This document shows, in pieces, positions 20,449 through 31,653 of a DNA stretch of 64,000 bases (position 1 is its first letter; the number at the start of each line of letters is the position of its first letter). The position numbers and the translations under genes were made by a program. Below the pieces are notes generated by a model that did not search any database, had not been told where the DNA came from, and worked only from the letters and a program-made list of their open reading frames with translations. The DNA comes from an uncultured Spirochaetota bacterium. GTDB taxonomy: Bacteria; Spirochaetota; Spirochaetia; SZUA-6; Fen-1364. The stretch is from assembly GCA_963745235.1 (NCBI GenBank), contig CAVUXE010000052.1, forward strand, positions 1 to 64,000, read 5' to 3'.

Positions 20449-21159
20449 ATGAAGCGAGCAAACACCATTTCTCTGGCGGGAACCCTCGCGGTTGCGGCGG
20501 CCGCCGTGGTTCTGGCGTCATGCACAACAGTGAACAGGCTCGGAGACTTCGATCTCCAGGGACGGACAATGGCCGCAGAGATGCGCCTGCCGCCGGAGCC
20601 GAAGATGGATGTCAATTACCAGGTCAAGATCGATTTCTCCAATCCCATCGGCACGGCGTTGAACGTCGGGTCCAACATCGCCAAGGCCGCGAACGCGAAT
20701 CGCGTCGATTCCCTCATGCGGGACGCTCTCCAGGTAGTCGACGTGCCGGGAATGGTCCGCGACGAATCGTACTCCACGTCCCTGACGGTGCTCGGAGCCC
20801 AGGAGGAGGAGGATCCCCTTGCCGCTGATTACCTCCTTGACTTCGATATTCACAAGTGGGGAATCCACGCGGGCTCCTGGACCAGCGCCGTGTCCCTTCG
20901 CATGAAGCTGACCGCCATCCTGTACAGCAACGCTGAGAAAACCATCGTGTGGCGCCGGGACATCGAGGTGGAGCGGGATGCAACGCCGGAGATGTTCGGG
21001 CTGGACTCGACGATCGGCAACTTCGTCACGACCGCCGCCCTGGCGAGCCTTTCCGAGGAAGACCTGCAGAACGGGTTCGACCAGCTGGCCCGGGACACGG
21101 CTCTCACCATCTCGCGGACCCTTCAGAACGACCTGTACGACGCGCGCTACGGAAACTGA
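20449..21159 (+). CDS. Hypothetical lipoprotein
   Basis: Basic N-terminus, hydrophobic stretch, lipobox LASC; clean codon pattern. Confidence 0.7.
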   Translation: MKRANTISLAGTLAVAAAAVVLASCTTVNRLGDFDLQGRTMAAEMRLPPEPKMDVNYQVKIDFSNPIGTALNVGSNIAKAANANRVDSLMRDALQVVDVPGMVRDESYSTSLTVLGAQEEEDPLAADYLLDFDIHKWGIHAGSWTSAVSLRMKLTAILYSNAEKTIVWRRDIEVERDATPEMFGLDSTIGNFVTTAALASLSEEDLQNGFDQLARDTALTISRTLQNDLYDARYGN

Positions 21160-21178
21160 CAGCGGGGCGTCTGTTCCG

Positions 21179-24062
21179 TCAATGCGGAACCTGCTTCAGC
21201 TCCTGCAACCGGGGAACCCATTGGCTTTCCGGGTATCGCTTTCGAAGGGCGTCTTCGATCCGGGCCGCGGCGTCCCTGTCGCCGACCCGTTCGGCCAGCC
21301 GGGCCGCGTTGAACATGCCCTCGGCCGACAGCTCAACGTCGGTGGGGAAGATGTAGGAGATCCTCAGGTACTGGGTCATCGCGTCCGCAAGATTTCCGAT
21401 GGCTTCCAGGGCGCGGGCCCGCTCCGCGGTGGCTCGCGCGCCCACCTCGTCAGCCCGCGAGTCGGAAAGCGCGGCAAAAATCTCGATGGCCTTTTGCCAC
21501 TGCGACTGCGCGGCAAGGGCCTGGCCCATGAGAAGGCTGGTCTCACCGGCAAGCGGCTCGGGCGGTGAACGGCGGCGCACGTCTTCGAGGACATCAATGG
21601 CACCGGGGGGATCCTTCGCAAGAAGCAATTTCGCGTACTCCAGCTGCACGCCGGCCACCACCCGGACATCGAGCCCCTGCGTCTCACGTGCCTTTTCGGC
21701 AAAATCCCTTGCAGTTTCCAGGCTGGAATATGCTTTCAACGCGTCCGCAAATCCCTGCAGGGCGTTTGCAAGGACGCCGGCGCCCGGGTCAGAGGTGAGG
21801 CTGGTCCAGAAATCATCAAGTGAATCCCGCGCGTCCCCCGATTGCAGCGTGCATTCCGCAATCCAGTAGAGGGCCTGCTTCACCAGTCCGCTCCTTGGGA
21901 AATCCCGGATCATCGCCGTGAACCCCGCTCTCGCCTCCGGATATCGGCCTTCATCATAGGCTTTCATGGCAAGCTTGAAGAACGCCTCCGGCGCAAGCTG
22001 GCCGCCTGGATACTTCGCCGCAAGCTCCTGAAAAGCCTCGGTGCTCTCCTGCAGGCTGCCCATCCTCGAAAGCGCCCATCCCTTTTCGTACAAGGCCTGC
22101 TCGCGCCACGGGTCCGCCCCCGGGGCCACGGTTTCGAAGAGCTTGATGGCGGCGGCATCGTCCCCGCGCACGGACTCGCACATGCCCGCGCGGTACCACG
22201 CCTCCCCGGAACGCCGATCGGACGGGTACTTCTGGGCGAGGGAAATGAAAGCGTCCCGCGCGTCTTCGAGCCTGCCGATTCGGTACAGGGACCACGCCAG
22301 CCAGTAGCGGGCGTCAGCCGCGTCTTCCGCATGCGCCGACGGCTGATCCAGCGCCTCAAACCGCACGACAGCGTCCGCCAGCCGCTCCGCAGCGGCAGGC
22401 AGCTTCTCCATACGGTAGAGCGTCCTTCCGGAGTACAGGGCGACAGTTGCCTGCGTCTCTCCGCCCGGCTGCCGCGCCCGCAGGTACTCGAGGCTGGCAA
22501 GGGCCTGTTCGAAGCTTCCCATGTTGAAGAGGCATACCCCGACCGCCAGTGAGCTCCTGTTCCCGATGTCAGAACCGGCCGCCCGCAGCGCCACGGCCTG
22601 GAAATAGGGGGTGGCCCGGGCATACTCTCCGCGTTGCGAATAGACGAACCCGACGGAATAGGCGCTTTCATCCCGGAAGGCAGAGGTGGGGAAATCCTTC
22701 ACGACCCTCTGAAAATCATCCAGCGCGGCCGGTTCCCCGGTGTTCATGCGGGCAACGCCCCGCCTGTAGATGTATTCCGGCAGAGACGCGGACCGTGGAT
22801 ACAGCCTGACCAGGGCATCCCAGCGGGAAAGGGACTTATCGAAAACCATCCGGGAATCAAGGAGAGAGGCGAGGAGCTTGAGCGCCTGCTCCCCGTGCGG
22901 CCCTCCCGGAAAAGTGCTGACAAAACTGTCCAGGGCGTCAATGGCGTCTTCGCTTCGACCGAGCCCGGCCAGAACCAGCGCCCTCTGGAACAAAGCCTTC
23001 TCACCAAGGTCCTTGGCGAGGCCGCTTCCCGCATTCCCGAATGCTTCTGCCGCCCTGGTCTTCCTGCCGAGCATGATGTCTGCCAGGCCCAGGGAATACC
23101 ACGCGGCCTGCCGTTCGCTTCCTTCGCTCAGCTCAGACAGCGCCCGCTCGTACCCTGCCGCCGCTTCCGGGTACTTCTGCTGGTCCAGGAGAACGTCCGC
23201 GCGCATCCTCTCCGCGCTGCCCCTGTATGCGCCCCGGGGATAAAGCTTCCCGAGCTCCTCCAGGCGCCGCGCGGCAGCAGCGGCGTCATGCCTTCGGTAG
23301 GCGATGTCCGCGAGCCTGTACAACGCCGCTTCGCGATACGGTGAGTCTGGGTACACCGAGGTGACGGTGGAAAACTTCTTCTCCGCGGAATCCAGGTTCT
23401 CCAGCGCCAGCTCGGACTCCGCAAGGAAGAAAAGCGAATCACGGACGTACGGGGACTGGGGAAAGTCAAGAAGCATCCGACTGTAGAGATCCCTCGCGGG
23501 CGCGAAACGACCCGCTCGGTATTCCGTCCCTGCAAGCCTGTAGGTTGCTTCCGGGGCAAGCGACACATCCCCTGCGCTCATGACCTTGCGATAATAAGCG
23601 GCGGCCTCCGCGTCTTTTCCCAGCCCTTCCAGGGCCACACCGCACAGCAGGGCCGCATGCCTGCCATACGGCCCCTCCGCGGCCGCCGCCCCGCCGAGGA
23701 AGCGGAGCGCACTCTCGTAGCTTCCCAGCCGCAGCCAGGCCGCGCCAAGCCAGTACGGAAGCCGGGAGGCGAGCGCGGACCCGGCGTGCCTGGCCTGGAA
23801 GCCTTCCAGCACGGCGATGCTTTCCTGCCATTTGCCCGAGTAGTAGTCGCTGACGCCGAGAAGGTACTCCGCCTCGGCGGCAGCGGGTGCCTGCGGGTAG
23901 TCGGAGATGATGCGCTGGAAAGCTGCCCGCTGCCACGGGGTAGAAACCGTCAGAGAATGCTCTTTTTCCGGCCTTCAGGAGGTCATCCGCGGACTGCGCC
24001 CAACCGGCTGCGGCGACGACAAGCGCGAAGATCAGGGCGAGAGCTGGGAGCCTACCGCGCAT
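21179..24062 (-). CDS. Large exported tetratricopeptide-repeat protein (~960 aa); frameshift near 23925
   Basis: Signal peptide in ORF 23466..24062; many A.Y.LA...YP.S TPR units in ORF 21179..23812. Confidence 0.85.
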
Positions 24063-24071
24063 CCCAGTCTG

Positions 24072-24144
24072 GGCCTCGACGTCCTGTCTATGGCCTCCCT
24101 ATCGCACATCCCTGTGCTCGCTCGGCCTCGACGTCCTGTCTATG
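24072..24144. repeat. Perfect 21-bp direct repeat with 31-bp spacer in the clpC-TPR intergenic region
   Basis: GGCCTCGACGTCCTGTCTATG at 24072-24092 and 24124-24144. Confidence 0.9.
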
Positions 24145-24145
24145 C

Positions 24146-26674
24146 TCACGTCGTGACCTTTTCAGGCTCCTTTTCCCCGGGCAGGAGTCCCGCAGGCTGC
24201 GGCGACAGCGGGAGCACGTTCCGAGGTTCCTGCTTGCGGAAGGTTATCTTCTCCGCGCGGATCTCGATGTCTACCGCATCCCCCTGCTTGAACTTGCCGC
24301 GGAGGATTTCCAGGGAAAGCGGGTCCTCCACTTCCTTCTGGAGCAGGCGGCGAAGCGGCCGCGCGCCGAACTTCTCATCGAAGCCCTTGTCGATGAGGTA
24401 TTCGCGGGCCTTCTTCTTCACGGAGATCGTGATCTTCTGCTCCACGAGCCGATCCGAGATCTCCTTCACCATGAGGTCGAAGATCTGGCCCAGGTGCGTC
24501 TTGTCGAGGTTGTGGAATACGACGATCTCATCGATCCTGTTGATGAACTCCGGGTTGAACGCGCGCTTCACCTCGCTCATGACGAAGTTGCGGATGTCCT
24601 TGAAGTTCATTCCCCCTTCCTCGGACTGGAACCCGAGGGATGAGTCCTTGTTGATCTCCCGGGCCCCGAGGTTCGAGGTCATGATCATGACCGAGTTGCG
24701 GAATGACACCGAATGCCCCAGGTTGTCGGAAAGCTGGCCTTCCTCCAGGACTTGCAGAAGGATGTTGAACACGTCGGGGTGCGCCTTTTCGATCTCGTCC
24801 AGGAGGATCACGCTGAAAGGCCTGCGCCGGATCTTCTCCGTGAGGAGCCCGCCTTCCTCGTAGCCGACGTAGCCCGGGGGCGCTCCGACCAGCCGGGACA
24901 CGTTGTGCTTCTCCATGAAGTCCGACATGTCGATCCTCACGAGGGCGTCGGGGTCCCCGAAGAGGAACTCCGCGAGGGTCTTGGCCACCAGCGTCTTTCC
25001 AACGCCGGTGGGCCCCAGGAACACGAAGGACCCCAGCGGCCTGCGCGCTGATGACAGCCCCGTGCGCGAACGGCGGATGGCGGATGCGATGACGGAGATG
25101 GCCTCCTCCTGGCCAATGACCTTCTTGTGCAGCTCCTCTTCGATGTGAAGGAGCTTCTCGGACTCGCTTTGAACGATGCGTGAGAGCGGAATGCCGGTCA
25201 TGTCGGAGATGACCTGCTGGATGTCCTCGACATCCACCACGTTCTCCTCCACCGCGATGGTGCTCTCCCACGTCTTCTTGATCTCGTCCACCTTGACCTT
25301 GAGCTGCCGGACCATGTCCCGCACCGCGGCGGCCTTCTCGTAATTCTGGGTGTTCACGAGATTCGTCTTCTCCCCGTTCAGCCGCTCGATCTCCTTTTCC
25401 AGGTCCGCAAGCTCCCGGGGCCTGATGGAATTGCGGATGCGCCTGCGGGACCCCGACTCGTCGATGAGGTCGATTGCCTTGTCCGGCAGGTAGCGCTCCG
25501 TGATGTAGCGGCGGGAGAGGGTGGATGCGGCCTCGATTGCCTCCGGCGTGTACGTCACGTGGTGGTGCTCTTCGTAGTTCTTCTTGATCCCTTTCAGGAT
25601 CTCGATTGTCTCATCCACCGACGGCTCACTCACGTAGATGGGCTGGAACCGCCGTTCGAGCGCGGCGTCCTTCTCGATGTGCTTCTTGTATTCGTTCAGC
25701 GTGGTGGCCCCGATGCACTGCAGCTCTCCGCGCGACAGCGCGGGCTTCAGCATGTTGGAGGCGTCGATTGCCCCCTCGGCGCCGCCTGCGCCAATGATCG
25801 TGTGCAGCTCGTCGATGAAAAGGACGACGTTCCCCGCGGAGAGGATCTCTTTCATCACCCTCTTGAGGCGTTCCTCGAACTCGCCGCGGTACTTGGTCCC
25901 CGCGACCAGGGAGGCGAGATCCAGGGTGAGGACCCGCTTGCCGATGAGCACCTCGGGGACCGTGCCGTCCACGATCTTCTGGGCCAGCCCCTCGACGATG
26001 GCGGTCTTTCCGACTCCGGGCTCTCCGATAAGAACGGGGTTGTTCTTTGTGCGCCGGGCCAGGATCTGGATGACCCTCTGGATTTCCTTCTCCCGTCCGA
26101 TCACCGGATCCAGCTTGTTCTCCCGCGCGAAGGCAGTGAGGTCCCGGCCGAACTCATCAAGTGTCGGAGTGGGCTTCTTGGTTGGTGTCTGGGCCTTCTT
26201 CTTCCCCGCCAGGGACTGTCCCCCCTTGTAGTCACCGGTCCCGCTGATCTGGAGAATGGCTTCCCGCAGGCCGTTCGGGGTGAGGTTGTATCGCGCCAGA
26301 TAGCGCGCCACGATGCTGCCCTGCTCCTTGACGGAGGCGAGCAGCAGGTGCTCGGTCCCGATGTATTCGTGGCCCATGTTGCGGGCTTCCTCCGCGGAGT
26401 CCTCCAGGATCTTCTGCCCCCGCTTGGAGGGGGGAACATCCCCAAGGATGAGACCGCCCTTCCCCTTCGGGAGGCTCTTCTCGATCTCGGACTGCATCTC
26501 GGGGATGCTCACCTTGATCCGCTGGAGAGCCTTCACGGCAACACCCTCCCCGTCCTTCAGGAGGGCAAGGATGATGTGCTCCGGCAGGAGCTGGTCCGAA
26601 TGGAAGCGCTTGGCTTCTTCCTGCGCCAGGATGGTGAGAACCTTTTGTGCCCGTTGCGTAAGACCCTTGAACAT
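24146..26674 (-). CDS. clpC: ATP-dependent Clp protease ATPase subunit ClpC
   Basis: Clp N repeats, two AAA+ modules ([16 protein letters not shown]), UVR middle domain, LGF ClpP-docking loop. Confidence 0.97.
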   Translation of the reverse strand: MFKGLTQRAQKVLTILAQEEAKRFHSDQLLPEHIILALLKDGEGVAVKALQRIKVSIPEMQSEIEKSLPKGKGGLILGDVPPSKRGQKILEDSAEEARNMGHEYIGTEHLLLASVKEQGSIVARYLARYNLTPNGLREAILQISGTGDYKGGQSLAGKKKAQTPTKKPTPTLDEFGRDLTAFARENKLDPVIGREKEIQRVIQILARRTKNNPVLIGEPGVGKTAIVEGLAQKIVDGTVPEVLIGKRVLTLDLASLVAGTKYRGEFEERLKRVMKEILSAGNVVLFIDELHTIIGAGGAEGAIDASNMLKPALSRGELQCIGATTLNEYKKHIEKDAALERRFQPIYVSEPSVDETIEILKGIKKNYEEHHHVTYTPEAIEAASTLSRRYITERYLPDKAIDLIDESGSRRRIRNSIRPRELADLEKEIERLNGEKTNLVNTQNYEKAAAVRDMVRQLKVKVDEIKKTWESTIAVEENVVDVEDIQQVISDMTGIPLSRIVQSESEKLLHIEEELHKKVIGQEEAISVIASAIRRSRTGLSSARRPLGSFVFLGPTGVGKTLVAKTLAEFLFGDPDALVRIDMSDFMEKHNVSRLVGAPPGYVGYEEGGLLTEKIRRRPFSVILLDEIEKAHPDVFNILLQVLEEGQLSDNLGHSVSFRNSVMIMTSNLGAREINKDSSLGFQSEEGGMNFKDIRNFVMSEVKRAFNPEFINRIDEIVVFHNLDKTHLGQIFDLMVKEISDRLVEQKITISVKKKAREYLIDKGFDEKFGARPLRRLLQKEVEDPLSLEILRGKFKQGDAVDIEIRAEKITFRKQEPRNVLPLSPQPAGLLPGEKEPEKVTT

Positions 26675-26678
26675 GGCG

Positions 26679-27767
26679 TCAGCCTCCCCTTCCCTGCGTC
26701 AACGCCTCTCGGATGATCTTGGCCCGCGTGTAGTCGATGAGCTTTGAATCCACCGCCTCCGCCTGGGTCTGGAGCACCCGCTGAATGTGAGATTTCTGCG
26801 AGAGAAAGAGGAGCGCCGTGATGGTGGGGGCATCGAGCGCCGTTATCAGCCCCAGCGCAATCCCGAGGCGGAGGGCGGACAGGGATTCAATGGCCTCTCG
26901 ATGCGAGATGTACCGGCAGTAGGAGAGAAGCCCCCACGCCCGGAAAACCCTGTCTTCGATGTCGACACGCCTCTTGTCCATCAACTCCTCTCTCGTCCTG
27001 TTCTCGTAGCCTGCAAGCTGGACCGCAATGCGGCCCAGGTTTCCGATGATCTCTTTCTCCGCCAGCCCGATGGTGATCTCATTTGCAATGATATACATGT
27101 CACCCAGGGATTCCATGCTTTCGCTGAAGAATCCACGGATGGAGAGCCCCAGCTGCGCTGAGGCCTTGATGGCCCGCTTGATGAGCCCGCTCATTGTCAG
27201 CGCCGGCAGGTGGAGCATCATGGACGCCTTGAGTCCCGTGCCGAGGTTCGTGATCGCCGTATTGAGGTATCCCCACTCGGCGGACACAGCAAAGGCGAGC
27301 GGCTCCTCCAGTCCGGAGTCAATGGCCTCGAGCCTTCCCAGAAGCGACTCGAGGCATGCCCCCGACCGCATGCCCACCAGGCGGAGATGGTCGTCTTCCC
27401 CGATTATCCCTGCCACGGTCTCATCCGTGCTGAGCGCTACCGCTCTCTGCTTTTCCAGCGAGTATCCCTGGGAGATGAGGTTTCTCTCGAAGAGGATCCG
27501 TCTTTCAAGCGCGGAGAGATCGTCCATGTAGATTATCGCAAAATCTTCCGCGTTCGGCAATCGGCGAAACGCGGCAATGATCCGGTCACGGTATTCCTTC
27601 TCCACCTCCGCGGAGCACCTGCCCGGAAACGGGTACGCGCCGAGGTTCCGTGCCAGGCGCACGCGGCTGGAGATGACCACCCCGCCCGGTGATTCCGTGG
27701 AGACCCGTGCCTCAGTCTCCGCGCGCATCCAGCCTTTCATGTCAGAGAGACCGGTAAAGTCAAACAC
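26679..27767 (-). CDS. mcsB: McsB-like ATP:guanido phosphotransferase (protein-arginine kinase family), degenerate active site
   Basis: [37 protein letters not shown]; lies between mcsA and clpC. Confidence 0.88.
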   Translation of the reverse strand: MFDFTGLSDMKGWMRAETEARVSTESPGGVVISSRVRLARNLGAYPFPGRCSAEVEKEYRDRIIAAFRRLPNAEDFAIIYMDDLSALERRILFERNLISQGYSLEKQRAVALSTDETVAGIIGEDDHLRLVGMRSGACLESLLGRLEAIDSGLEEPLAFAVSAEWGYLNTAITNLGTGLKASMMLHLPALTMSGLIKRAIKASAQLGLSIRGFFSESMESLGDMYIIANEITIGLAEKEIIGNLGRIAVQLAGYENRTREELMDKRRVDIEDRVFRAWGLLSYCRYISHREAIESLSALRLGIALGLITALDAPTITALLFLSQKSHIQRVLQTQAEAVDSKLIDYTRAKIIREALTQGRGG

Positions 27768-28254
27768 CGCTGTCCATCTCCCGGATCCTGTCCCGCAGGC
27801 GAGCCGCCTCCTCGTAGTCCTCTCTCTCCACCGCCTCCCTCAACTCCTCCCGAAGCCCGTCGTTCGCCACCTCCGCGTGGGACTGCTCCGCGAAGGACCG
27901 CGGCAGTCTTCCCGCATGATGCGGGCGGGCGGCCATCTGGGATACGATTGCCCGAACGTCCTTCTCGAATGCCGAAAAACATTCCGCGCACCCCAGCTTG
28001 CCCTGCTTTCGGAAGTCGGATGCTTTCATGCCGCAGCGCGGGCAGGCTTCCTTGACCTCCGCAGCCCCGGTCATGTCCCTTCCCTCCAGCAGCCCCGACA
28101 GCAGGTTGGCGATGGGAAGCTCCGACTCCTCCTCCCGGATCAGCCCCTTCTCCTGCGCGCATTCCTCGCAGATATGGAGCTCATGCACCAGGTCCTTCTG
28201 GATCTGTCGAATGTGAATGACGGCGTCTTTCAGCCCGCAAATTTCGCACTTCAT
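27760..28254 (-). CDS. mcsA: McsA (four CxxC motifs plus UVR domain)
   Basis: CEIC, CEEC, CPRC, CAEC, EDYEEAARLRDRI. Confidence 0.93.
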   Translation of the reverse strand: MKCEICGLKDAVIHIRQIQKDLVHELHICEECAQEKGLIREEESELPIANLLSGLLEGRDMTGAAEVKEACPRCGMKASDFRKQGKLGCAECFSAFEKDVRAIVSQMAARPHHAGRLPRSFAEQSHAEVANDGLREELREAVEREDYEEAARLRDRIREMDSGV

Positions 28255-28326
28255 TGTCAGTGACAGTATACAAAATCCTGGGGGCTAAATCTACGTGGCA
28301 AGCTCAGTCCGACAATGGCGAAACGC

Positions 28327-29631
28327 CTAGACTTTGCGGAGAATTGAAAGCGGCCGCGCTCGGGAGGCGCGGGCAGCCGGCACCCAGGAGGCGAGCGCGC
28401 AGAGAAGCAGCGTTGCAATGGCCGCGGTGAGCACTTCGGGGGCGTTGATCCGGATGGGAATGGATTGCAGGTAATAGGCGCTGTTGAAAAGGGTAAACGT
28501 TCCTCGTGCAGGCGCCGAAGGCTCGAATCCGGACATCAGCAGTGAGGCGGCCTCGAGGACGCGGTTCACGATCCACTCGATGCCCGCTATGACCTCATTG
28601 ATGTTCACGGACACCAGCAACCCCACGGCAATGCCGGCCGCCGTGCCGATCACGCCGGTCGCGAATCCCGTGAGCAGAAATGAGAAAGAGAGAGATCTCT
28701 CCCCGACGCCGACGCTCTTGAGAATGCCGATCTCGTTCCGCCTTTCGAACACGATCATGATGACGGAGGAGGACACATTCACCGCGGCCACGACAACGAT
28801 GAGAGCCATGATGAATATGAGGATGGCCTTGGTGAAGCGGAAGCTCGCCAGGCGCGGGTACTCGATCTCCCGCCACGTGGCAATCCGCGTTTCGCTTCCC
28901 GCGACCCTCGAGATGGCGTTCGTTATCCTGGTCAGGTCGGCGAACGGATCCTTGACTTTGACCCCGATCAGGGCCCGTGAGCCGCGCGGGGAAAGGACGC
29001 GGGATGCAAGACCAAGGGAACCGTAGACAAGGGTCTTGTCCAGCTCCTGGTAGCCGGTCTGGTAAATGCCGCTCACAACGACGGGAGTCAGCCGCGCCGC
29101 GCCGCTCAGGTTTTCCCCGAACGTGGTGAGGAGGCTTATCTGGTCGCCCGGCTTGACTCCCAGGGACGCCGCGAGCGCGGCGCTGACAAGGAGAGAGTCC
29201 GGGCGGGAGAGATCAGCCGTTCCTGAGGTCAGCGTGATGTGGGAGCGGAATCCCGGGTCAACGGCAAAGATGTCCGGGGGCACGCCGCGGATGCTCACCC
29301 CGGCCGCGGACCGGGGGGTAACGAGGAGGCCTGTGCCCTGCCGCTCAGGCACGGCGGCAACCACGCCGGAGACACCGGCAATCGATTCCGCCCGTCTCTG
29401 CATGTCCGCAAGCGGGGTGCCGGATGGCAGGGACACCTGGACATGGTACGTGCCCACCTCGAGAAGGCGCGCCGTGATCCCCTCGATCATGCCCGTCGAG
29501 ACCTCCATCACCACGATCAGCGGAACCAGGCTCAGGGCGATGCCGATCACCGACCCGCGCAAATACCGCGCCGTGCCGTCTCTGCCCCTGAGCATGCGGG
29601 AGCTGAGAAACAACGCAAGCCGCGCTCTCAT
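28327..29631 (-). CDS. Lipoprotein-releasing ABC permease (LolC/E family)
   Basis: GIALSLVPLIVV, ERRNEIGILKSVG, SAYYL..IP, PAARAS. Confidence 0.88.
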   Translation of the reverse strand: MRARLALFLSSRMLRGRDGTARYLRGSVIGIALSLVPLIVVMEVSTGMIEGITARLLEVGTYHVQVSLPSGTPLADMQRRAESIAGVSGVVAAVPERQGTGLLVTPRSAAGVSIRGVPPDIFAVDPGFRSHITLTSGTADLSRPDSLLVSAALAASLGVKPGDQISLLTTFGENLSGAARLTPVVVSGIYQTGYQELDKTLVYGSLGLASRVLSPRGSRALIGVKVKDPFADLTRITNAISRVAGSETRIATWREIEYPRLASFRFTKAILIFIMALIVVVAAVNVSSSVIMIVFERRNEIGILKSVGVGERSLSFSFLLTGFATGVIGTAAGIAVGLLVSVNINEVIAGIEWIVNRVLEAASLLMSGFEPSAPARGTFTLFNSAYYLQSIPIRINAPEVLTAAIATLLLCALASWVPAARASRARPLSILRKV

Positions 29632-30332
29632 TCGCCCCTCAACATCCCGCCGCTCAGCGAGAAGCGGGTGTCCGCGCTGCGGGCAAGCCCGTGGTCATGG
29701 GTGACAATGATCATGGTCCTGCTGTGCTTCTCTACGAGGGAAAAGAGCATGTCCTCCACGACCCGGGCGTTGCGCTCGTCCAGATTCCCCGTTGGCTCGT
29801 CCGCAAGAAGGAGCAGCGGCTCGTTGATGAGCGCGCGGGCAACGGCAACTCTCTGCCTCTCACCTCCGGAGAGCTCCACCGGCCACGCATTCATGCGCTT
29901 CTCCAGGCCCACCTCCTCCAGGAGCGCGCGGCCGCGCTCGCGAAGCAACCGGGCGGAGGCGCTTGCAAGCATCCCGGGAATGATGACGTTCTCCAGCGCA
30001 GTGAAGTCCTTGAGGAGGAAATGGAACTGGAAGATGAATCCCACGTCTCTGCTTCGGTACCTGCTGAGACCGGATTCCTCCAACCCGGTCACTTCCGTTT
30101 CCCCGACGTACACGCTTCCCGCGGTGGGCCGGTCCAGCCCGCCAATCAGCGCGAGGAGCGTGCTTTTGCCGCAGCCGCTTTCACCCGTTATGGCAACTGT
30201 CGTTCCCCGGGGAACCTCCAGGTTCACGTCCGTCAGCACTTCCAGGTACTCCGCCCCTGTCGGGAAGCGCCGGGCAAGCGACCGCACACTGACAAGCGGA
30301 TCCCGCAGCGCGCTCTTCATTTGCTCATTCAT
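29628..30332 (-). CDS. lolD: Lipoprotein-releasing ABC ATPase
   Basis: GESGCGKST, GFIFQFHFLL.DFTALENV, LSGGERQRVAVARAL, ADEPTGNLD. Confidence 0.92.
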   Translation of the reverse strand: MNEQMKSALRDPLVSVRSLARRFPTGAEYLEVLTDVNLEVPRGTTVAITGESGCGKSTLLALIGGLDRPTAGSVYVGETEVTGLEESGLSRYRSRDVGFIFQFHFLLKDFTALENVIIPGMLASASARLLRERGRALLEEVGLEKRMNAWPVELSGGERQRVAVARALINEPLLLLADEPTGNLDERNARVVEDMLFSLVEKHSRTMIIVTHDHGLARSADTRFSLSGGMLRGE

Positions 30333-31653
30333 TCCGCAGCACCTCCGCCGGACGGAACCTGGAAACCGCGCGGGAGGCGGCCCACGCGGCGCCCGTGCAT
30401 GCCAGCACCGCAAAGAAGCAGACGAGGAAGGCCTCCTGCGGGAAGACGCGGGAGGGTACCTGGGAAAGGTAGAAATACGCTGGGGAAAACATTGCGAAGC
30501 TCCCTTCGCTGCCGCCATGGGCGAAGACCGATGCGAGGGCGTAAACGGCGTGGGTCAGCCCGTTTATCACCGCGTCCACTCCCGCAAAGACGGCGTTCAC
30601 GTTCATCGCTACCCCCAGCCCGGCCAGCAGCCCGCTCAAGGCCCCAGCCAGCCCGATCAGGAAGCCCTCGATCACAAAGATGGCCTGGACGCGCCCTGGT
30701 GGAACTCCTACGGCCTTGAGGACGGCGATCTCCTCCATCCGCTCATGGACGCTCCGGCGCAGGGAATGAAAGACATTGAATCCGACCACGATGAAGATGA
30801 GGCCGACCAGGACCATCATCATCAGTTTTTCCATGAACAGCGCGTCGAAGAAGGACTTGTTGTAGGTCCGCCAGCTTTCCACGGAGTACCCGGTGCCGGA
30901 CAGGAGCGGCGCGATCTTTCGCAGGACCTGCCCGTCAAGGAACCTGTTCGCAATCTTCACGCCATAGGTCCGCGGGAGCGGGCTTCCCGACCCGAACACC
31001 TCGTCGGCGGTGGCGAGGGAAACGAACACGAGCCCAATGTCGAAGTCCCAGTAGCCCGTACGAAAGACTCCCGTGACGCGAAACTCCGCCTTTCGCGGCA
31101 CCGGCCTGCCGTCAGGCCCGGCAGCGAAAGAGGTGAGGGAAAGGGAATCCCCGACGCGGACGCCGGCAACCGCCGCAAGCTCGGCGCCTATCACCAGGGA
31201 GCGCGGCCCGCTCAGGTCGAAGGACCCTTCCCGGGGAGCAAGCATGGCGGCCTGGACCGGGTCAAGGGCAAAAAGGTCCGGCGGGACCGCCCGCAGTTGG
31301 CACGCTCGGGGCCTCTGGAACGGGCCTTCGACGAGCGCCTGCCTCTCGACGAACGGCACGACGGCGGTCACCGAGGGAAGGCCTCTGATTCGCTTCACGA
31401 AGGCCGGTTCGGCCGGCCCGTTCCCCCCTCCGGCCGGCCCGTTTCGGCTCACCTGCAGGTGATACGAGCTGATCTCAACGAGCGGCTCGATGAAGCCCAG
31501 CTGGAACCCGTTCATCACCGCCAGGACGACGGTGAGCGCCATCACTCCCACCGCCGTTCCGACCACGGAGAGAATGGAAGAGGTGTTTCCGGTCTCCCGT
31601 CGACGCGTGCGGAAGTAGCGCGACGCGACAAGGAGCGTAACAGACGGTCTCAA
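30325..31653 (-). CDS. Lipoprotein-releasing ABC permease (LolC/E family)
   Basis: GVMALTVVLAVMNGFQ, ALFMEKLMM, EIAVLKAVG, PAEVLRNE. Confidence 0.9.
   Translation of the reverse strand: MRPSVTLLVASRYFRTRRRETGNTSSILSVVGTAVGVMALTVVLAVMNGFQLGFIEPLVEISSYHLQVSRNGPAGGGNGPAEPAFVKRIRGLPSVTAVVPFVERQALVEGPFQRPRACQLRAVPPDLFALDPVQAAMLAPREGSFDLSGPRSLVIGAELAAVAGVRVGDSLSLTSFAAGPDGRPVPRKAEFRVTGVFRTGYWDFDIGLVFVSLATADEVFGSGSPLPRTYGVKIANRFLDGQVLRKIAPLLSGTGYSVESWRTYNKSFFDALFMEKLMMMVLVGLIFIVVGFNVFHSLRRSVHERMEEIAVLKAVGVPPGRVQAIFVIEGFLIGLAGALSGLLAGLGVAMNVNAVFAGVDAVINGLTHAVYALASVFAHGGSEGSFAMFSPAYFYLSQVPSRVFPQEAFLVCFFAVLACTGAAWAASRAVSRFRPAEVLRNE

Noticed and set aside
24072-24144. CRISPR array
   Set aside because: Only two 21-bp repeats, the spacer resembles the repeat, there is no AT-rich leader and no cas1; kept as a REP-like repeat
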